Assembly: GCA_013265495.1 (NCBI GenBank)
Contig: MU058221.1
Coordinates: 1,488,001-1,552,000, forward strand
Direction: 5' to 3'
Length of the DNA: 64,000 bases
Source of the DNA: Vicugna vicugna
Lineage: Eukaryota
A model generated the notes under the pieces. That model was given only the letters and a program-made list of their open reading frames with translations, did not search any database and was not told the DNA's origin. Positions 36,310 to 49,608 of this stretch are shown here, piece after piece (the stretch's first letter is position 1; each line of letters opens with the position of its first letter). The translations under genes and the position numbers were made by a program.

Positions 36310-36730
36310 CGTGGCGGTTTTCCATGCCTGCTGTGACAAAGTGCCTAGGAGTCTGTGGCTTAAAAGCACAGAAATGTATACTGTCACAGTTCTGGAAGCC
36401 AGAAATCTGAAATCAGTTGTATTGAGCAGAAACCAAGGTTTTAGCAAAGGAACGCTCCTTCAGGAAGTTCTAAGGAAGAGTCTGTTTCTTCCTTAGCTTG
36501 TAATCAGGTCACCCAGATCTCTGCCTCTTGGTCCCATTTTCTCTCTTCTTCTTGTCAAACGTCCCTCTTATAAAGGTACTTAGCGCCCACACATACAATA
36601 TGGGATAATCTTCCCAAACCAGGAACGTTAACTTCATCACATGTTATGTGATATATGATAATGTTCATATGTTCTAGCAGTTGGGACCTGATTATCTTCT
36701 GGGAGCCTAGTATTAGCATTAGACCAACAC
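36310..36730 (-). mobile_element. MLT1 (MaLR; MLT1C/D-like) LTR
   Basis: ctgctgtgacaaagtgcc…gtggcttaaaagcacagaaatgtat..tcacagttctggaagccagaaatctgaaatca…ggataatcttccc. Confidence 0.8.
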
Positions 36731-36769
36731 AAGTGAGAAATGGTTTTCTGGGCAAGTTGCTTTTAGGGT

Positions 36770-37327
36770 CTGATTTAGTTAGGGTCCTCCAGAAAAAAAC
36801 AGAGCCAATGGGAGATATACAGGAAAATTGAGACTGCTATTGCAGACATACAAGGATATGTACTTTCATAGGAGATAAATGCATGTACATTTATAAGGAT
36901 GGGCTCACATAGTTACGGACGCTGAGAAGTCAAGCTCTGTAGTTGGCAACCTGGAGACCCAGGGGCGCTGATGGCGTTGCTCCAGGCCACAGCCAAAGCC
37001 TGAGATGCAGCAGGAGCAGCAGAGTCAGGGATGTAAATTTCCCTCTGAGTCCAAGTCCAAAGGCAGGAGAGGCCTGATGTTCAGCTCAAAGACAGGCCGT
37101 GAGAGCAGTCTCCTTCCTCTGCCTGCGGGTTCTGCTCAAGCCGTCACCACACTGGGCAGGCGGTCTGCTCTATTCAGTTTGTTGATTCAGATGTTAATGT
37201 CACCCAGAAACATTCACACACGCGCACGCGCGCACATGCACACGCACACACATCCAGAGTCACGTTTAACCAAATGTCTGGGCACCTCACAGCCCAGTCA
37301 GGTTGACACGTAATATTAACGATCTCA
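36770..37327 (-). mobile_element. MLT2 (ERVL) LTR
   Basis: ttagttagggtcctccagaaa..acagagccaat…ctggagacccagg…tttaaccaaatgtctgggcacc..cagcccagtcaggttgacac. Confidence 0.85.
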
Positions 37328-39560
37328 GGAGGCTGCATCATCCATTTAGAGGCTGGCAATACCGCTTATAAACTGAATTATTGTTAGTTCGCTAGGCATC
37401 ACTTCATCATTTGAAGCACCATTGTCGATAACTGATAGATATTAAAGAAGGTGAGAAAGGCGTGCCTGCGTGCAACATATCATCACAAGGCAGACGCCAC
37501 ACATTATTTACCTTGAGTTTCCCCGGAGACTAGGGCTTGTGGGAGAAGCCAGAAACACCAGTTTGGAAATAAAATGTAGATATTCAGAGTAGAACTTAAT
37601 CATCAGATCTTTTCCCTACCCTATCCTTGGGATTAAATCCCGTATCCTCATCTCCCTGCAAACCATGCTTTCTCTGTGAGGTCAGAATATCCCACTATTC
37701 TCATAGGAAACAACCTCTGGACTTAGAAACAATTTTTTCTTCTACTTCTTGTCTTTATTATAAGATTCAGATATCTCTGAAGTCAGAAGTTTGTAGTAAC
37801 CCAACTTTATTTTTCAAGGCGTCCACTGAAATATTTTATGAGAGACTGGACGTTACAGGTGCCTATCAACATCCCCATGTAATCAAATGTTCAAGGTTAT
37901 TTGCAACGATGGTCATTTGCATCACCTGCTTGTGATTTTTCTGAGACCCTCGCTGACAGTGCACATCTGGAGCTTTAACCCACTGGGTCGCCTGCTTGTT
38001 TTCCCCTCGCACGATGGTGGCAGGAGGCCTACGGGGTATGACCGCTTAGAAGCATTTCCTTGGCTTCACTGGCCACGGGGAGCGCTGAGACTCCAGACTG
38101 CTTGCTAGTGAGACATGGCATTGTTTTCACGATTCACCGCATTCTGAGAAACTCTGTAGTTGGCAGTTTTACTGAACAATGGGGAAAAACCAGCAAGTGC
38201 TGAAGAATTGTGATTTACAGAGGGATTTATAGAAAGCTGTAAGGTGAAGTTATAGGTGAAATAAAGGAAGTCTTTTGAAGCAATCTTTCCACTAACAGTT
38301 TATGGAAAGTTTACTATCACAGCTGTCCAGGAAGCCTGATTATTCCAGTCTCTGTGGATTTACAAAACATACGTATAATACAGCAGGAAGGCAAGTGGAA
38401 AGGCAGTGAAACGCAAACATTCTTCTTTCTCTTTTTTCCAGATACATAATAAAAACCTTGCATTGTGAAGAATTATACAAATTCAATAAAGAATGTAAAA
38501 CAGAAAACTCTAGTTTTAGTATCACATAAACATCTTAAATAAAATAGAAATGTGCATAATTAAATAACTTACTACTATCATAATGATGAAGAAAAACGCT
38601 GAATAAAAATATGATCGTAAGATGAATTTAAATTTGTACACCATGAAGATTTAGAAGTGTTCAGCTATAAAATTACTTATTGAAAGTTGATGGTATGTTT
38701 TTTACTACAACAGATGGAATATAGGATCATTCTGATGGATTATTTTAAAATGATTTTGGAAGCAGAAGTATAGTGATATTAAAACATTAAAATAAGAGGA
38801 AATACACAGTTAAGTGACAAATGTGACTTTATTAAGTAGGGCATTTTTATAATATTTTAAACTGTTTGCTTCAGATTAACTGTGAGTCTTGTCACTGCCC
38901 TCAAGTTTAGTGATTTCACATCACGTAAGACTTTCAAAGTTATTTAACAGTCAGTGTTATGCCAGTGAAATGATGTGACTCTTATTTATCTTGGATGTGT
39001 CTCTGTCACATCCATCGTGAGGTTTTGCTATATTATCAGAGAAAAGTAATAATCTATCATTTTTAATCACCCCCTGCAGATCCTCCAGACGTGCCCCTAC
39101 AGTATGATCTACGCAGATGCTTTTTTAAAAGTTGATCACTGCAGAAACGCCGTCACAGTGAACAAAGTTGTCAACAGTGTGAAGAGAAGAGGTTCCGTTT
39201 CTGATTAGGGTATAGAAAGACATGAACGCTTGTCACTCTAGCTAAAACAACAAGTCAGCAGATAAACAAACAAAAAAAGTCCTCACTCATTGTAATGCCA
39301 GTGACCAGCTGTACACTTACAGAAAATCTAAAAAAACAAAACAAAACAAAAAAAAAACACCTTAACTCTAGAGGTATGACTCCTTTCCCCAGAGCTAGAG
39401 ATTGGAGACATCGAAACATCTAGGGGTAGCTGCTGAGGTTGGGGGCAAGAGGAGACAGGAATAGACCCTTCAAAGAAGGGCAAAAGAGCCAAAAGCTTGA
39501 CAAGGCTGTCAGGTCTGAAATTAGAGGAACCTAAAAGGCAGAGATAACTTCTGCCAAGAA

Positions 39561-39850
39561 CAGACACCCTCACACCCGTGGGTTCCGCATCCTTAAATTC
39601 AACTAACATGGATCAAAAATAACTGAAAAAAAAAATCCAGAAAGTTCCAAAAAGCAAAACTTAAATTTGCTGTGCACCAGCAACTACTTTCACAGCCTAC
39701 ACGTGGCATTAAGATGATGTCTAGAGATGCTTTAAAGTGAAGAGGAGAATGTGCGCAGATTATATGCAAGTACTAAGCCGCCATTTTACATAAGGGACTT
39801 GAGCGCCTTTGGATTTTGGCCCGGGAACCCATCCTCTGAAGACAGCAGGT
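39561..39850 (-). mobile_element. MER2/MER2B (TcMar-Tigger) element
   Basis: ccgtgggttccgcatcc…ccagaaagttccaaaaagcaaaactt…tctagagatg.tttaaagt…ccattttacataagggacttgagc. Confidence 0.8.
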
Positions 39851-40199
39851 TAATACTGTGATTGTTTTCCAGGGGAGTTTTGAGTTTCTGACGGTATGAG
39901 GCCTTGCATCCTTGAATTCTGTGGTTTGGGGACCCAGAAAACTTGACGTATTTGGTCTCGGGGTCATCTGGAGAAAGAAACCTGAAGCCCTGAATTTACC
40001 TTCAAAACGTCTGAAGTCAAAGTGAACTGAATTATGGAAGCTACAATCAAAGCTCCAGCTACCTCAACTCCGGATAGTATTAATAACACCAGCACTTTAG
40101 CTAAGTGGGAGTTTGGGATCCGAGCTGAAAAGTAGACACCACAGAATTCAGAGCTGGAATGCCCAGGCCTTTCTGGAAGAAAAGTTGCCCTTTTTACTG

Positions 40200-41880
40200 A
40201 ACCGTGCAAATTCCTTGAAAAACAATTGACAAACTGAAACAATGACAAATAGAATACCTGAACAGCTCTGTTAAAGCAATTGAATTCATAGCGATAACAA
40301 CCTTGAGAAGTTCCCCACAAGGAAATCTGCAGGCTGAGATAGCTTCATTGATGAGTTCTGCTCAGCTTTTCTGTATAAATTGCACAAGGTTTTTATAAAC
40401 TCTTTCAGCCAGTTTCAGAGGAAACTCCTCCTAACTCATTTTATGAGGCCAGCATTACCATAATACCACAATTAGATGAAAACATCACACAAAAAAAGAA
40501 ATTACAGAACTTGATCTAATGCCGTTGCCACCTTGAAATGCTTAAATTTTGAACGTGGGACTCTGTGTTTTTATTTTGTATTGGGCTTCACTTAATTGTA
40601 AAAGGCTGAGTGTCTTCTTCCTAAAATCAGAAAAAAAGTCAGGGCGGCCACCCTCCGTTCTCCCCACTTTCATTTCAACATTGTACTGAAGGTCCAGCTG
40701 GAGAGAAAAAAAAAAGTAAAAGTGTGTCTAGTTCTGAAGTACAAAAGCCTAAAATAAGTATTTTAAAAATCATTAAAATTATTGAGTCAGTTTGTCAATT
40801 TGGCAGACAAAAGACCAATAAACAAAAACCAGTCTCATTTCTACAGGCTAGCAATAAACAGTTGGTAAAGGAAAATATTAATTATCATTTGAATATGTAT
40901 CTAACATAAAATACTTATTAATTAATCTAAAAAAAGATGTGTGAACTCTACACCCAGAAACATACAAAACATTACAGAAGGATATTAAGGGATATCCCAC
41001 CTGAATGAAGAAATAAACTATGTTTATGAATTAAAATACTCAGTCTTATAATAACAAGTCTCCTCAAACTGATTTATAGGTCAAATTCCAGTAAAAGCCC
41101 CAAGAAGCATTTTTTTCTTTTGTCTTTTAGAAATTGACAGACTAAAATTTATAAGAAAAAAATAACACCTAAAAGGCCAAAACAATTTTTAAAACAAAAT
41201 GGAAAGGTTTGTACTCCTTGATTTTAAAACTAATACAAAGCTGAAAATATAGTGTTGATGCAAGGAGAAGTAAATACACCAAGTATGTAGCATAAAGTCA
41301 CCAGAAAAAGAATCAGCACTTACAGTCAGTTGATTTTTAACAGAAGAACCAAAACCATTCAATGGATTAAAGAATTGTCTTTCCAACAAATAGTAACGTA
41401 ACGACTGGGTGTCTGTGTGGGGTTGTAAGTGGGTGGTACTTGATGCTGCCTCACACCCTACAAAAATATTAATGAAGGAAGATAAAGCTATAAACATTCC
41501 AGAACAAAGCATTGGGCAACATCTTTGCCACCATCAGACGGTAAAGATTTCTTAATACAAATGCTAAGTATAAAACAAAACATGATAAATTGGACCTCAT
41601 CAAAATTAAATTCTTCTACTGTTCAGAAGACACTATTAAACAAGTTACAAAACAAAACATGTTATAGACTAGAGGACGTACTTACAATAAATATATCTAA
41701 AAAGGGATTTATGCTTAAAATATGTAAAGAACTTTCACAACCCTATAAAAGAGAAAAATAAAAATGTTAAATGACTGAAACACTTGAACAACCATTTCAT
41801 GGAAATAACCTGTATCTCAATTGTCTGATGGTTTCATGGGTATATACATTTGATTAAACTCATTAAACTGTATACTTAAA
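40200..41880 (+). mobile_element. Old L1 ORF2 / 3' region (many deletions), probably preceded by L1 5' remnants from ~39200
   Basis: ctcctcctaactcattttatgaggccagcattacc…tctcctcaaactgatttatagg…gataaattggacctcatcaaaattaaa. Confidence 0.8.
40515..40600 (+). mobile_element. MER45A-like (hAT-Tip100) fragment
   Basis: gttgccaccttgaaatgcttaa…ttttgaac…ttttattttgtattgggc. Confidence 0.5.
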
Positions 41881-42590
41881 ATACCAAATGATCCAGCAAC
41901 TCCACTCCTGGGCATCTATCTGGAGGAAACTCCAACTCAAAAAGATGCATGCACCCAACTGTTAATAGTACCACTACTTAAAATAGCCAAGACTTAGTGA
42001 GATCAACAGATGATTGGATAAAGAAGCTGTGGTATATACACACAATGGAATTCTATTCAGCCGTAAAAACCAACATAACGCCATTTGCAGTAACATAGAT
42101 GTTCCTGGAGATTGTCATTCTAAGTGAAGTAAGCCAGAAAGAGAAAGAAAAATACCATATGAGATCACTCATATGTGGAATCTAAAAAAAAAAAAGACAA
42201 TCAAATTTATTCACAAAGACAGACACAGAAAACAAACTTATGGTTACCAGTGGGCAAAGGGGGTGGTAAGGGATAAATAATTAGGAGTTCAAGATTTTCA
42301 GATACTAACTAATATATATCAAATGGATGAACAGGAAGTTCATACTATATGGCACAGGGAACTTTAATATCTTGTAGTAACTTATGGTGAAAAATATTAT
42401 GAAAATGAATCTTTGTATGTTCATGTATGACTGAAGCACTGTGCTGCACAACAGAAATTCACACAGCATTGTGAACTGACTATACTTCAATAAAATATAT
42501 ATATTATATTCAGTAAAGTATATATATTTTTTAATATACTGAATATATTAAATAAAATAAACATATATACTTCAATAATATATATATACA
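41880..42590 (+). mobile_element. Younger camelid-type L1 3' end nested in the old L1 tail
   Basis: atgatccagcaactccactcctgggcatcta…ctaagtgaagtaagccagaaagagaaagaaaaataccatatg…cattgtgaactgactatacttcaataaaa; the old L1 terminus resumes at ~42672. Confidence 0.85.
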
Positions 42591-43264
42591 CAAAAAAACA
42601 GAAAGGGACTCACAGACATAGAAAACAAATGGTTACTATGGTTACTTATGGGGAAAAAATTTTAAATAAAACTTGTGTGTTTTATTGTATTCAGTTATGC
42701 ATCAATAAATTTGATTAAAAACGGAAGAAGGGAACGTTACCCTAAAATCTCACAACTGTTCAAAATAATTTACATTTCTCTGTATTTTTCCACACCTCAT
42801 GTACATATTTACCTTGCTTGTCTATCAATAAATTTATTTTCTATTGCTTTCACTTCCCATTAATTGAAAAAAAATGAAGCTTTTTTTCATACTTTTAAGT
42901 CTGTTTATGCTAATGTTTCATTAGTATTTCCAGCCATAGCCATCACTTATGGAAGATCTCTTATTTTTCTGGCAATGTGTAAGATAATTTGCCTGCATTC
43001 TTTTCTTTTAATCCTCAACTTACCCTTTAGAAAAAAAATCCCCCCCAAAAGCAACAGGTGTATTGATTTTCAGTATTTTTTCTTCTAAGAATTAAAATAT
43101 TTTAAATTATGCATTTGCCTCTAAAAATACATGCTCACTTTCTAATACATTAGGACATACTCAATTCTAATTATTTATATTTTCTTCATATTTACTGCCA
43201 TTTTTTCTCTTTTTTTTCAAATTATAGAACAATCATTTCTAAGTGTATCAATTTCCAAGTGACA

Positions 43265-43710
43265 GTGTACTGGGTAGAATTTTTAGTTGAAACAGTGGAA
43301 TCTACTTTAGCTAATGTTAGGAGAAAGAGCGAGAGGAACAAAGATGGCTCACAGAATTACTGGAGGGATGAAGGAATAAACTCTACACTGGACTTCTGAA
43401 GGCATGATTCTTAGAAGTGTATCTCAGTGCTCACCCGCTGCGGGATTGCTGCGTCTCCTGTAATTAGGGAGGACTTAGTTCCAAATATTGCTACCGCTGC
43501 TTCAGCCTCTAATACCATTTCTCTCCCGAGCAGAATCTGCCATTGATTGCAGACAATGACCATAAAGCAGATACTTTGCTCCCTGCCTGGTTCCTCACTT
43601 GGCCTTTGCCACATCAAGGTAAGGGAGTTCCAAGAACATACCTGTTTGGCACAGTGTAAATCACAGATATGCGGTCCGATGGGAAATGAAACTGGAAATG
43701 CTGGAACTTG
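43265..43710 (-). mobile_element. Very old MaLR LTR (MLT1K-N-like)
   Basis: Degenerate start (tttttagttgaaacagtggaatctactttagctaa…tggctcacagaat). Confidence 0.35.
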
Positions 43711-43714
43711 TAAT

Positions 43715-43750
43715 TCATCCATCCATCCATCCATCCGTCCATTCATTCAC
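43715..43750. repeat. (TCCA)n tetranucleotide repeat
   Basis: tcatccatccatccatccatccgtccattcattca. Confidence 0.85.
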
Positions 43751-44149
43751 CTTCCCACTCAGTTAATTATACTCTACAGTATGGATATAGTGAGAATAAC
43801 CCTCAAAATGTGGTGGGAAAATTAGAAAAGAATTGATGTTGCTGTGAACAACAGACTCACACATTTAATAGAGTTGGTTTTTTGTATTTTAACTTGTGTC
43901 CTTTATTTAAACGCTCCCCCCTCCTCAAAGCATCTGTCCTGTTTTAGTTCTTTGACTTCATAATTTATTGAGGTTTTCTCTATGACTGATGCATGAACAT
44001 TTTTTGATACTCCATAAGTGCTGAAAAATTGCATATGATTTTTATCAGGCACAAAATTTGACACACACACTGACAGCTTATCAATCTTCCACGTCTATCA
44101 TTTTTCATCAGCCGTATTCAAAAGTTGCTTCCAATGCCTTTTAATCACT

Positions 44150-46540
44150 GATTGGATGGTTCGCGTTGTTCATCCATCAGCTGAAAAGTCACATTCCTCT
44201 TTGCTCTATTTAACTTCTACCGTTCATATCTATAATTTTAGCCTTACAGACTCAGTTCCTCTGCTCACATTTCCGTCCAGTGTTCTCACGTGGTAAAATC
44301 CAAACCATGGTTACACCCTACACTCTGTTGATTCTAGGATCGTGCACAAGGAGCTGAATCTATCTAGAGAAATGCTAAAATCAGGGTGACAGATCCCACT
44401 TTCCATTTGTGTCCATGAACACCAAGGGCACCCTTCATCGACTCTGTTATGTATTCTTGATCAGTCCTTTCTCCCGGTCTCCCAGATTGCAATTTCGTAA
44501 CTTTTGGCCCTCAAAACTCTCCCAGGATGACCTCAGATCCGAATATTTGTCTAAGAAAGTTTTAGAAGAAAGCCTTCTCATTTTGCCACCCTGCACCTTC
44601 CAACTTCATGCCCACATACTCCACCCTCCCTCGTACGGAATTAACATGCATCCCTTCTCCTCTTTAAAGGCAATCTGAACAAAGCAAAACAATAGACGAG
44701 AACCAGGAGAAGAGCATGAGGAAGGTCTTGCTCATGCTGAGTTGCCTTTACTTACACCTGGGGCACCCAAGAAGAGATATCAAAAAGGTACTGGGGTCAG
44801 GAGCTGAGTAAAAAGGTCTGGGATGGAGATATTTTTGTATGATTTCTCCGGAAATAGCTCCAATTTCACATGTTCTAGACAAAATCATTTTTTGAAAAAT
44901 CCAATTATCCCTTTGCCTTCATTTCATCATTTTGTTACTGATGCTACCATTATCCCAAGGAAATGGAAATTAAATTTAATAATCATAAAAAAAACAAAAA
45001 TAAAAAATAAAGGCGATCTGTTCTTTTGTTCTAAATAAAGATTTGGTACCTGCAATACCTCTTCCTACCACATCACCAAATTCTTCTCTAGTGTTTCATT
45101 ATCAGACATATAAACATGTCATTATATCCCCAATATTTTTAATTGAAGTGTAGTTGAATTCAAGTATTTCCAGCCTACAGACTCTGATCTTACCATTTAA
45201 AAAAAAAATCACTTTCTCCTTTGTACCCGTCTAGCTAACCACCAACCCGTTTCTTTGCTCCTTTTTGAAGCAAAGTCCTTGAAAGAGGTGTCTTTCTTTA
45301 GAGGAGACACAAAACTAATCAGGCTTTCGTTCCCACTGCATTACTAAGCCACTTGCAACAGAGATGAAGATTCTGTAAAGCTAATAAATGTAAGGGTCAG
45401 GGCCCCCTGCTTTCATTGGCCCCTGTCAAAGCCCCAGGAGGCCCCTAGCTATGTCTTCACATGGTCATATGTTGTCGCTGTTGTTTTTTGTTTTTTTTTA
45501 ATTTGCAAAAAGGAAAGTTAACAGCCACTGGGGCCTCACTGCACTCACCCTGTATTACTGCCCAGCCCAGCCAGCAACACCTCTTACCTGGGTCGTTAGC
45601 ATGGCCTCGGCCCCACAGAGAGAGCAAGATCTTTTGAAAACATACAGTCAGTGATGGCTGTCTGGTGAAAAGTTCTGAAAGACTAAAGGTTTTGCACAGA
45701 CCTTGGCCCCCAGCCATTCCTCTCCAACCTTCTAACTCAGCCCACATTGCACAGCCCGTGCGACTAAACCAGAGCCCAAGTCTGGCGGCTCCTTCCTCCT
45801 GCCCCGTGACTAACTCAGCGTGAATGTCCCCATGCCTTCCGAACATTTGAACTGTGACAAGCTTCTCGAAGAAGCAGAACTGTGCCCTTAGTCTCACACC
45901 ACCCAGAACCCTCTCTTGGACTTGTTCTCACATTGTAATATTTTATGAAAAATCATACTTAAGATCCTTTGTCGATTTTCTCCTCTCACATTTTTACACT
46001 CAGCTGTCTCCTGTGGCTTCCGTAACACTCAGAAAGTAACGGACTGATTAACGGCTTGCAAGGCTGCTCAGACCCTTCCCTACCATCCGCTCCTCGCTCG
46101 CTCGCTGCGCTAGCTCTTCAGGCCCCTGTGTTTCTCAGGTGAACCAAGACCGCCCCCCATGGTGGCCTGTGTTCCTGCTGTGTTCACGCCGTCTGCAAAA
46201 TGCTTGCTTCATAGAACTCGTGTATTTGCACGAGCTGCCCTCTCGTGTGTTTTTAGGCTTTTCAACCAACATCACCTCCAGAGAGAGACCATGTCTCAGC
46301 AATCTCTCCACGGCTGTGCCCCGACCAGCCTTGTCCCACCCACACCTGTGACCCTTTTCACTACCTTGTGTGTTGCTATCAAAGTGCATAATATTATGCA
46401 CCCTTATTCTTAATATTTGATTATTTACTGTTTTCCTTTCATTAACAGAGAAGAATCATGAATTCAGAGATACTTTTGGCCTCTTCATCCGTCATTTTCT
46501 GTATCTCTAGCATTTGATTTTTATAAATAAGTAAATGAAA
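44150..46540 (+). mobile_element. Fragmented L2 sequence
   Basis: ccaaaccatggttacacc…tttctttgctcctttt.aagcaaagtccttgaaagag…gatcttttgaaaacata…tgccctctcgtgtgtttttagg…catcacctcca. Confidence 0.5.
45359..45530 (+). mobile_element. hAT-Tip100-type (Arthur1/MER69-like) fragment
   Basis: gtaaagctaat…tcagggcccc…ggcccctagc.atgt.ttcacatggtcatatgtt…aatttgcaaaa. Confidence 0.5.
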
Positions 46541-46730
46541 ACTTAATATCATTTGACATTGAAAGATTTATAGCAAATATTTATATATTTGAATTGAACC
46601 CTTTACCCAGATTGACAAACAAACTCCCACGGATAAGATTATGAAGACATAGAACAAACTGATTTTCATGGTCCATGGTCTGTGTGGAACAAGATATCCC
46701 AAATGTGTGCAGAGAGTGAGAGGGTCACTC

Positions 46731-47030
46731 TGATAGCTTCTGGGAACATGGCCCACTAAGCTTGCCTGCACTCCAGTTCCCAGGATCACGTGATGATGCC
46801 AATTCACATGGCAGAAGGAATTATACAGAAGTTGTTAAGTTTAAGGATGTTGGGGTGAGGACATTAACTCAGATTATCCAGATGGGTCCTAGATCATCAC
46901 AGGAGTTCTTATAAAAGGGAGGCAGGAGTGTCGGGGCAGAGGGAGATGTGACGACAGACACAGAGGTCAGGAAGGGAGATTTGCAAATGCTACCCTGCTG
47001 TGTTTGAAGATGGAAGAAGACGCCACAAGA
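46731..47030 (+). mobile_element. MLT1D-like LTR, 3'-truncated
   Basis: acatggcagaaggaatta..cag…gattatccagatgggtcct…atcacaggagttcttataaaagggaggcagg…tttgaagatggaagaag. Confidence 0.8.
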
Positions 47031-48079
47031 TCTGTTCCATTTCGCTTCACAACTTTTTTTTTTAGAGTTTAGTCCTTTTACAATTATATTTTGATTATAT
47101 GTATTCTGTTTAAATTAAGTCAGTCTACTTGATCATTTTGTATTTATATTTTATCAACTTTTTATCTTAATTACCCCCTGCATCTCTGTCTCTTTCATTC
47201 TAACCTGCCTTTTTCTTTCTTTCACTCTATCATATTAGTCTCTGTGCTTTGACATTGAGAAATCATTTATAAATCTTTAGCCCCTCTCCTTTAGTGTGTT
47301 AGGAATCTCTTGTTTATCCATGGAGTAATTATTTTAAAATTAGACACTTACACTTTTTAGAGAAGTTTTACCTACATCATTTATTTAATTCTCCTAAAAA
47401 TGCCTAAGAATGCAGATAGAAAAGACCTCATTATTCCCATTCTGTAAACACCCATAAGTCTTAAGCCTCTTTAAGCTCCCTTCCTTATCATCACTGCCTT
47501 CATCCTCAACCAGTTATCTCAAGTAGGAGCAGAGGAAGACAACGGTACAATGCAGGCCATGGGAAAAATCTTCATTATTTCATTATTTCGTTGTATGATC
47601 ACTTATGTCTCAATTATAATTTGCTACTTTAAAGTAAGTCAGCTCTTGGTGGTAGTCCTGTTTCTGATATGACCTTAGTTTGAGGGCTGGGAGTGGACAT
47701 TACATAATAACACTGACAAGGTATCAGAAATTAAATTATGATGGAGTGGCCAGGATAAGCAGAAATAAGACCTACCCTAGAGTTGCTAATGGATAATTTT
47801 GTCATTAAGTCATTTTACTTACTTACTCTGACACAGTCTCTGGCATGTAATGCAAATTGGACTTGTGTTCCACATATTTAACCAGAAAAACGCATCGAAG
47901 TGTTTTTGAAGAGAAAGGTGTGTATCCTTAGAGAAAATGCGCCTTAACGTTAATTTTTAGGGAATTCTGATATCGCAATTTTAGATGCTGATACAATTAT
48001 AGATGGGCCAGGGTTGTAATAACTGATGTCAGGTCAACAATACAATTTTTTATTCTTTCACTCAAGTAAGAAGAAAACT

Positions 48080-48290
48080 AAGCAACATTTACTGAGTGCC
48101 TGTGAGTGCTAGGTACTGTGCTAAGTACATTAACATATGTTCTCATTTAGTCTTGTCCCAGGAAACCAGGTTTTTTTTTCTAATTATCATCAATTACTAT
48201 TTCGAAAACTGAATTAAAATACACACACACATTTAAAAATGGCCAAGAGCAGAATACACACCAACCTTGGTGTTTCCGATCACCTGCAGC
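48080..48290 (-). mobile_element. MIR fragment
   Basis: aacatttactgagtgcct.tgagtgctaggtactgtgctaagtac…tctcatttagtctt. Confidence 0.65.
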
Positions 48291-48379
48291 TTAAGGAGTC
48301 ACGCTCACAGAAACAAAGTGATTTCTATCTGTCTTGTTACACCTTAAAATTCAGTTCTGAAAAATGCATCCCTCCCCGC

Positions 48380-48548
48380 TTGGAATGGCCCTCCAGGTGT
48401 GGTCCTGGGTCAGCAGGTTCTGCATCACCAGGGCACTTGGCAGAAAGCATATTACTCGGTCCCCCGCTAGAGGACGAAACGCATCCTCTGCTTTTAACAA
48501 GTTCTCTCAGTGATGCTGGAGGCTTCCTCAAGTCTGAGAAGCAATGCC
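48380..48548 (+). mobile_element. MER5A (hAT-Charlie MITE)
   Basis: gtgtggtcc…gcatcacc.gggcacttg..agaaa…ctctgcttttaacaag…tcaagtctgagaagcaatg. Confidence 0.75.
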
Positions 48549-49058
48549 CCGGTCTTTGCCTCTCTGCTTCACTCTTTTTTCCTTTCACCCTAAAAATGCT
48601 GTTTGCAAAATCTTCCACAGGGCAAAACCCTCACTAAGTAACATTTGTATCTTATTCCTTGGGTTGTGTTTTCTTGTAGAATGGATTCCAGATTTTTCTA
48701 GACCTTCTTTTGGCCTCAGTACAGTGTGTCTGAACCCTGTTCCCTCCACCCAGCATGGCTGAGCACCGTATTTTCTTCCTCCTGGGGGCTCCAGTTTATA
48801 AGCTGAGTCTTATTTGTTACACACGCCTTTGCAGGCTCTGAGAGGACGGAGTGGACCCTACGGGGGAAACTCAGCTGGCTCTCTGGTCAGTCATAATTGT
48901 TTGAAGTCTCTTTCGCAGTTTCTTTAAATGTCTCATACTAGGTGCAGAGCGTCTTCGTTTTCAGAGAATGGAGATGTTGTACTTGAGCTGCGTGTTATTT
49001 ACCCAATTCAGTGTACGGTCCTGGCATCTTTTTTAAGAAAATTAAAAATATGTCCCTA

Positions 49059-49608
49059 TGTGGTGGACATACACCAGGGCGAGTCCCAAGAATTTCCACA
49101 TCCTGGTGTTCACACCTTCATGACGCTCATTTTCGTTAAGTTGGAACAGGGCTCGTGACTAGCCTCTCACCAGTGGACGATGGCAAAGGTGATAAGATAT
49201 CACTCCCATGCTCAGGCTGTTGTTTACAACTTTCTCTCAGCCCACTGGAGTTGGAAACTCTCCCTGCAGTCTTGATGATGTAAGTGCCCATTCGGGGCAG
49301 CCCAACGGCAAATCACAGTCAACAGCCGGGAAAAAGCTAGAGGGCTTAATCGTGCAGCAGCAAGGAGACCCACTCTGCTCACAACCTGAACGAACCTGGA
49401 AGTAGATTGTTCCCCATGTGAGCCTCCAGGTGAGAAAGCAGCCCCGCCAACATCTCGCTTGCCGGCTGTGAGACCAGCCCCGATCACAGGACCCAGCAGA
49501 GCCATGCCCAGACGCCTGATTTCCAGAACCTTGGAGATCATATATCCAAGTTACTTTAAGCTGCTAGTGCAAGGCAATTTCATTACACATCAATGCAAAA
49601 TTAATACA
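49059..49608 (+). mobile_element. MLT1E/F-type MaLR solo LTR
   Basis: tgtggtgg…cctggtgttcacacc…atggcaaaggtgat…gagcctccaggtgaga…tttaagctgcta…aattaataca (TG…CA). Confidence 0.8.

Noticed and set aside
38580..38630. ATGATGA…CTGA resembling snoRNA C/D boxes
   Set aside because: Spacing too short, no terminal D box or stem, no recognisable rRNA guide
45457..45897. 146-aa minus-strand ORF
   Set aside because: Spans L2 and hAT remnants and a T-rich tract; no recognisable domain
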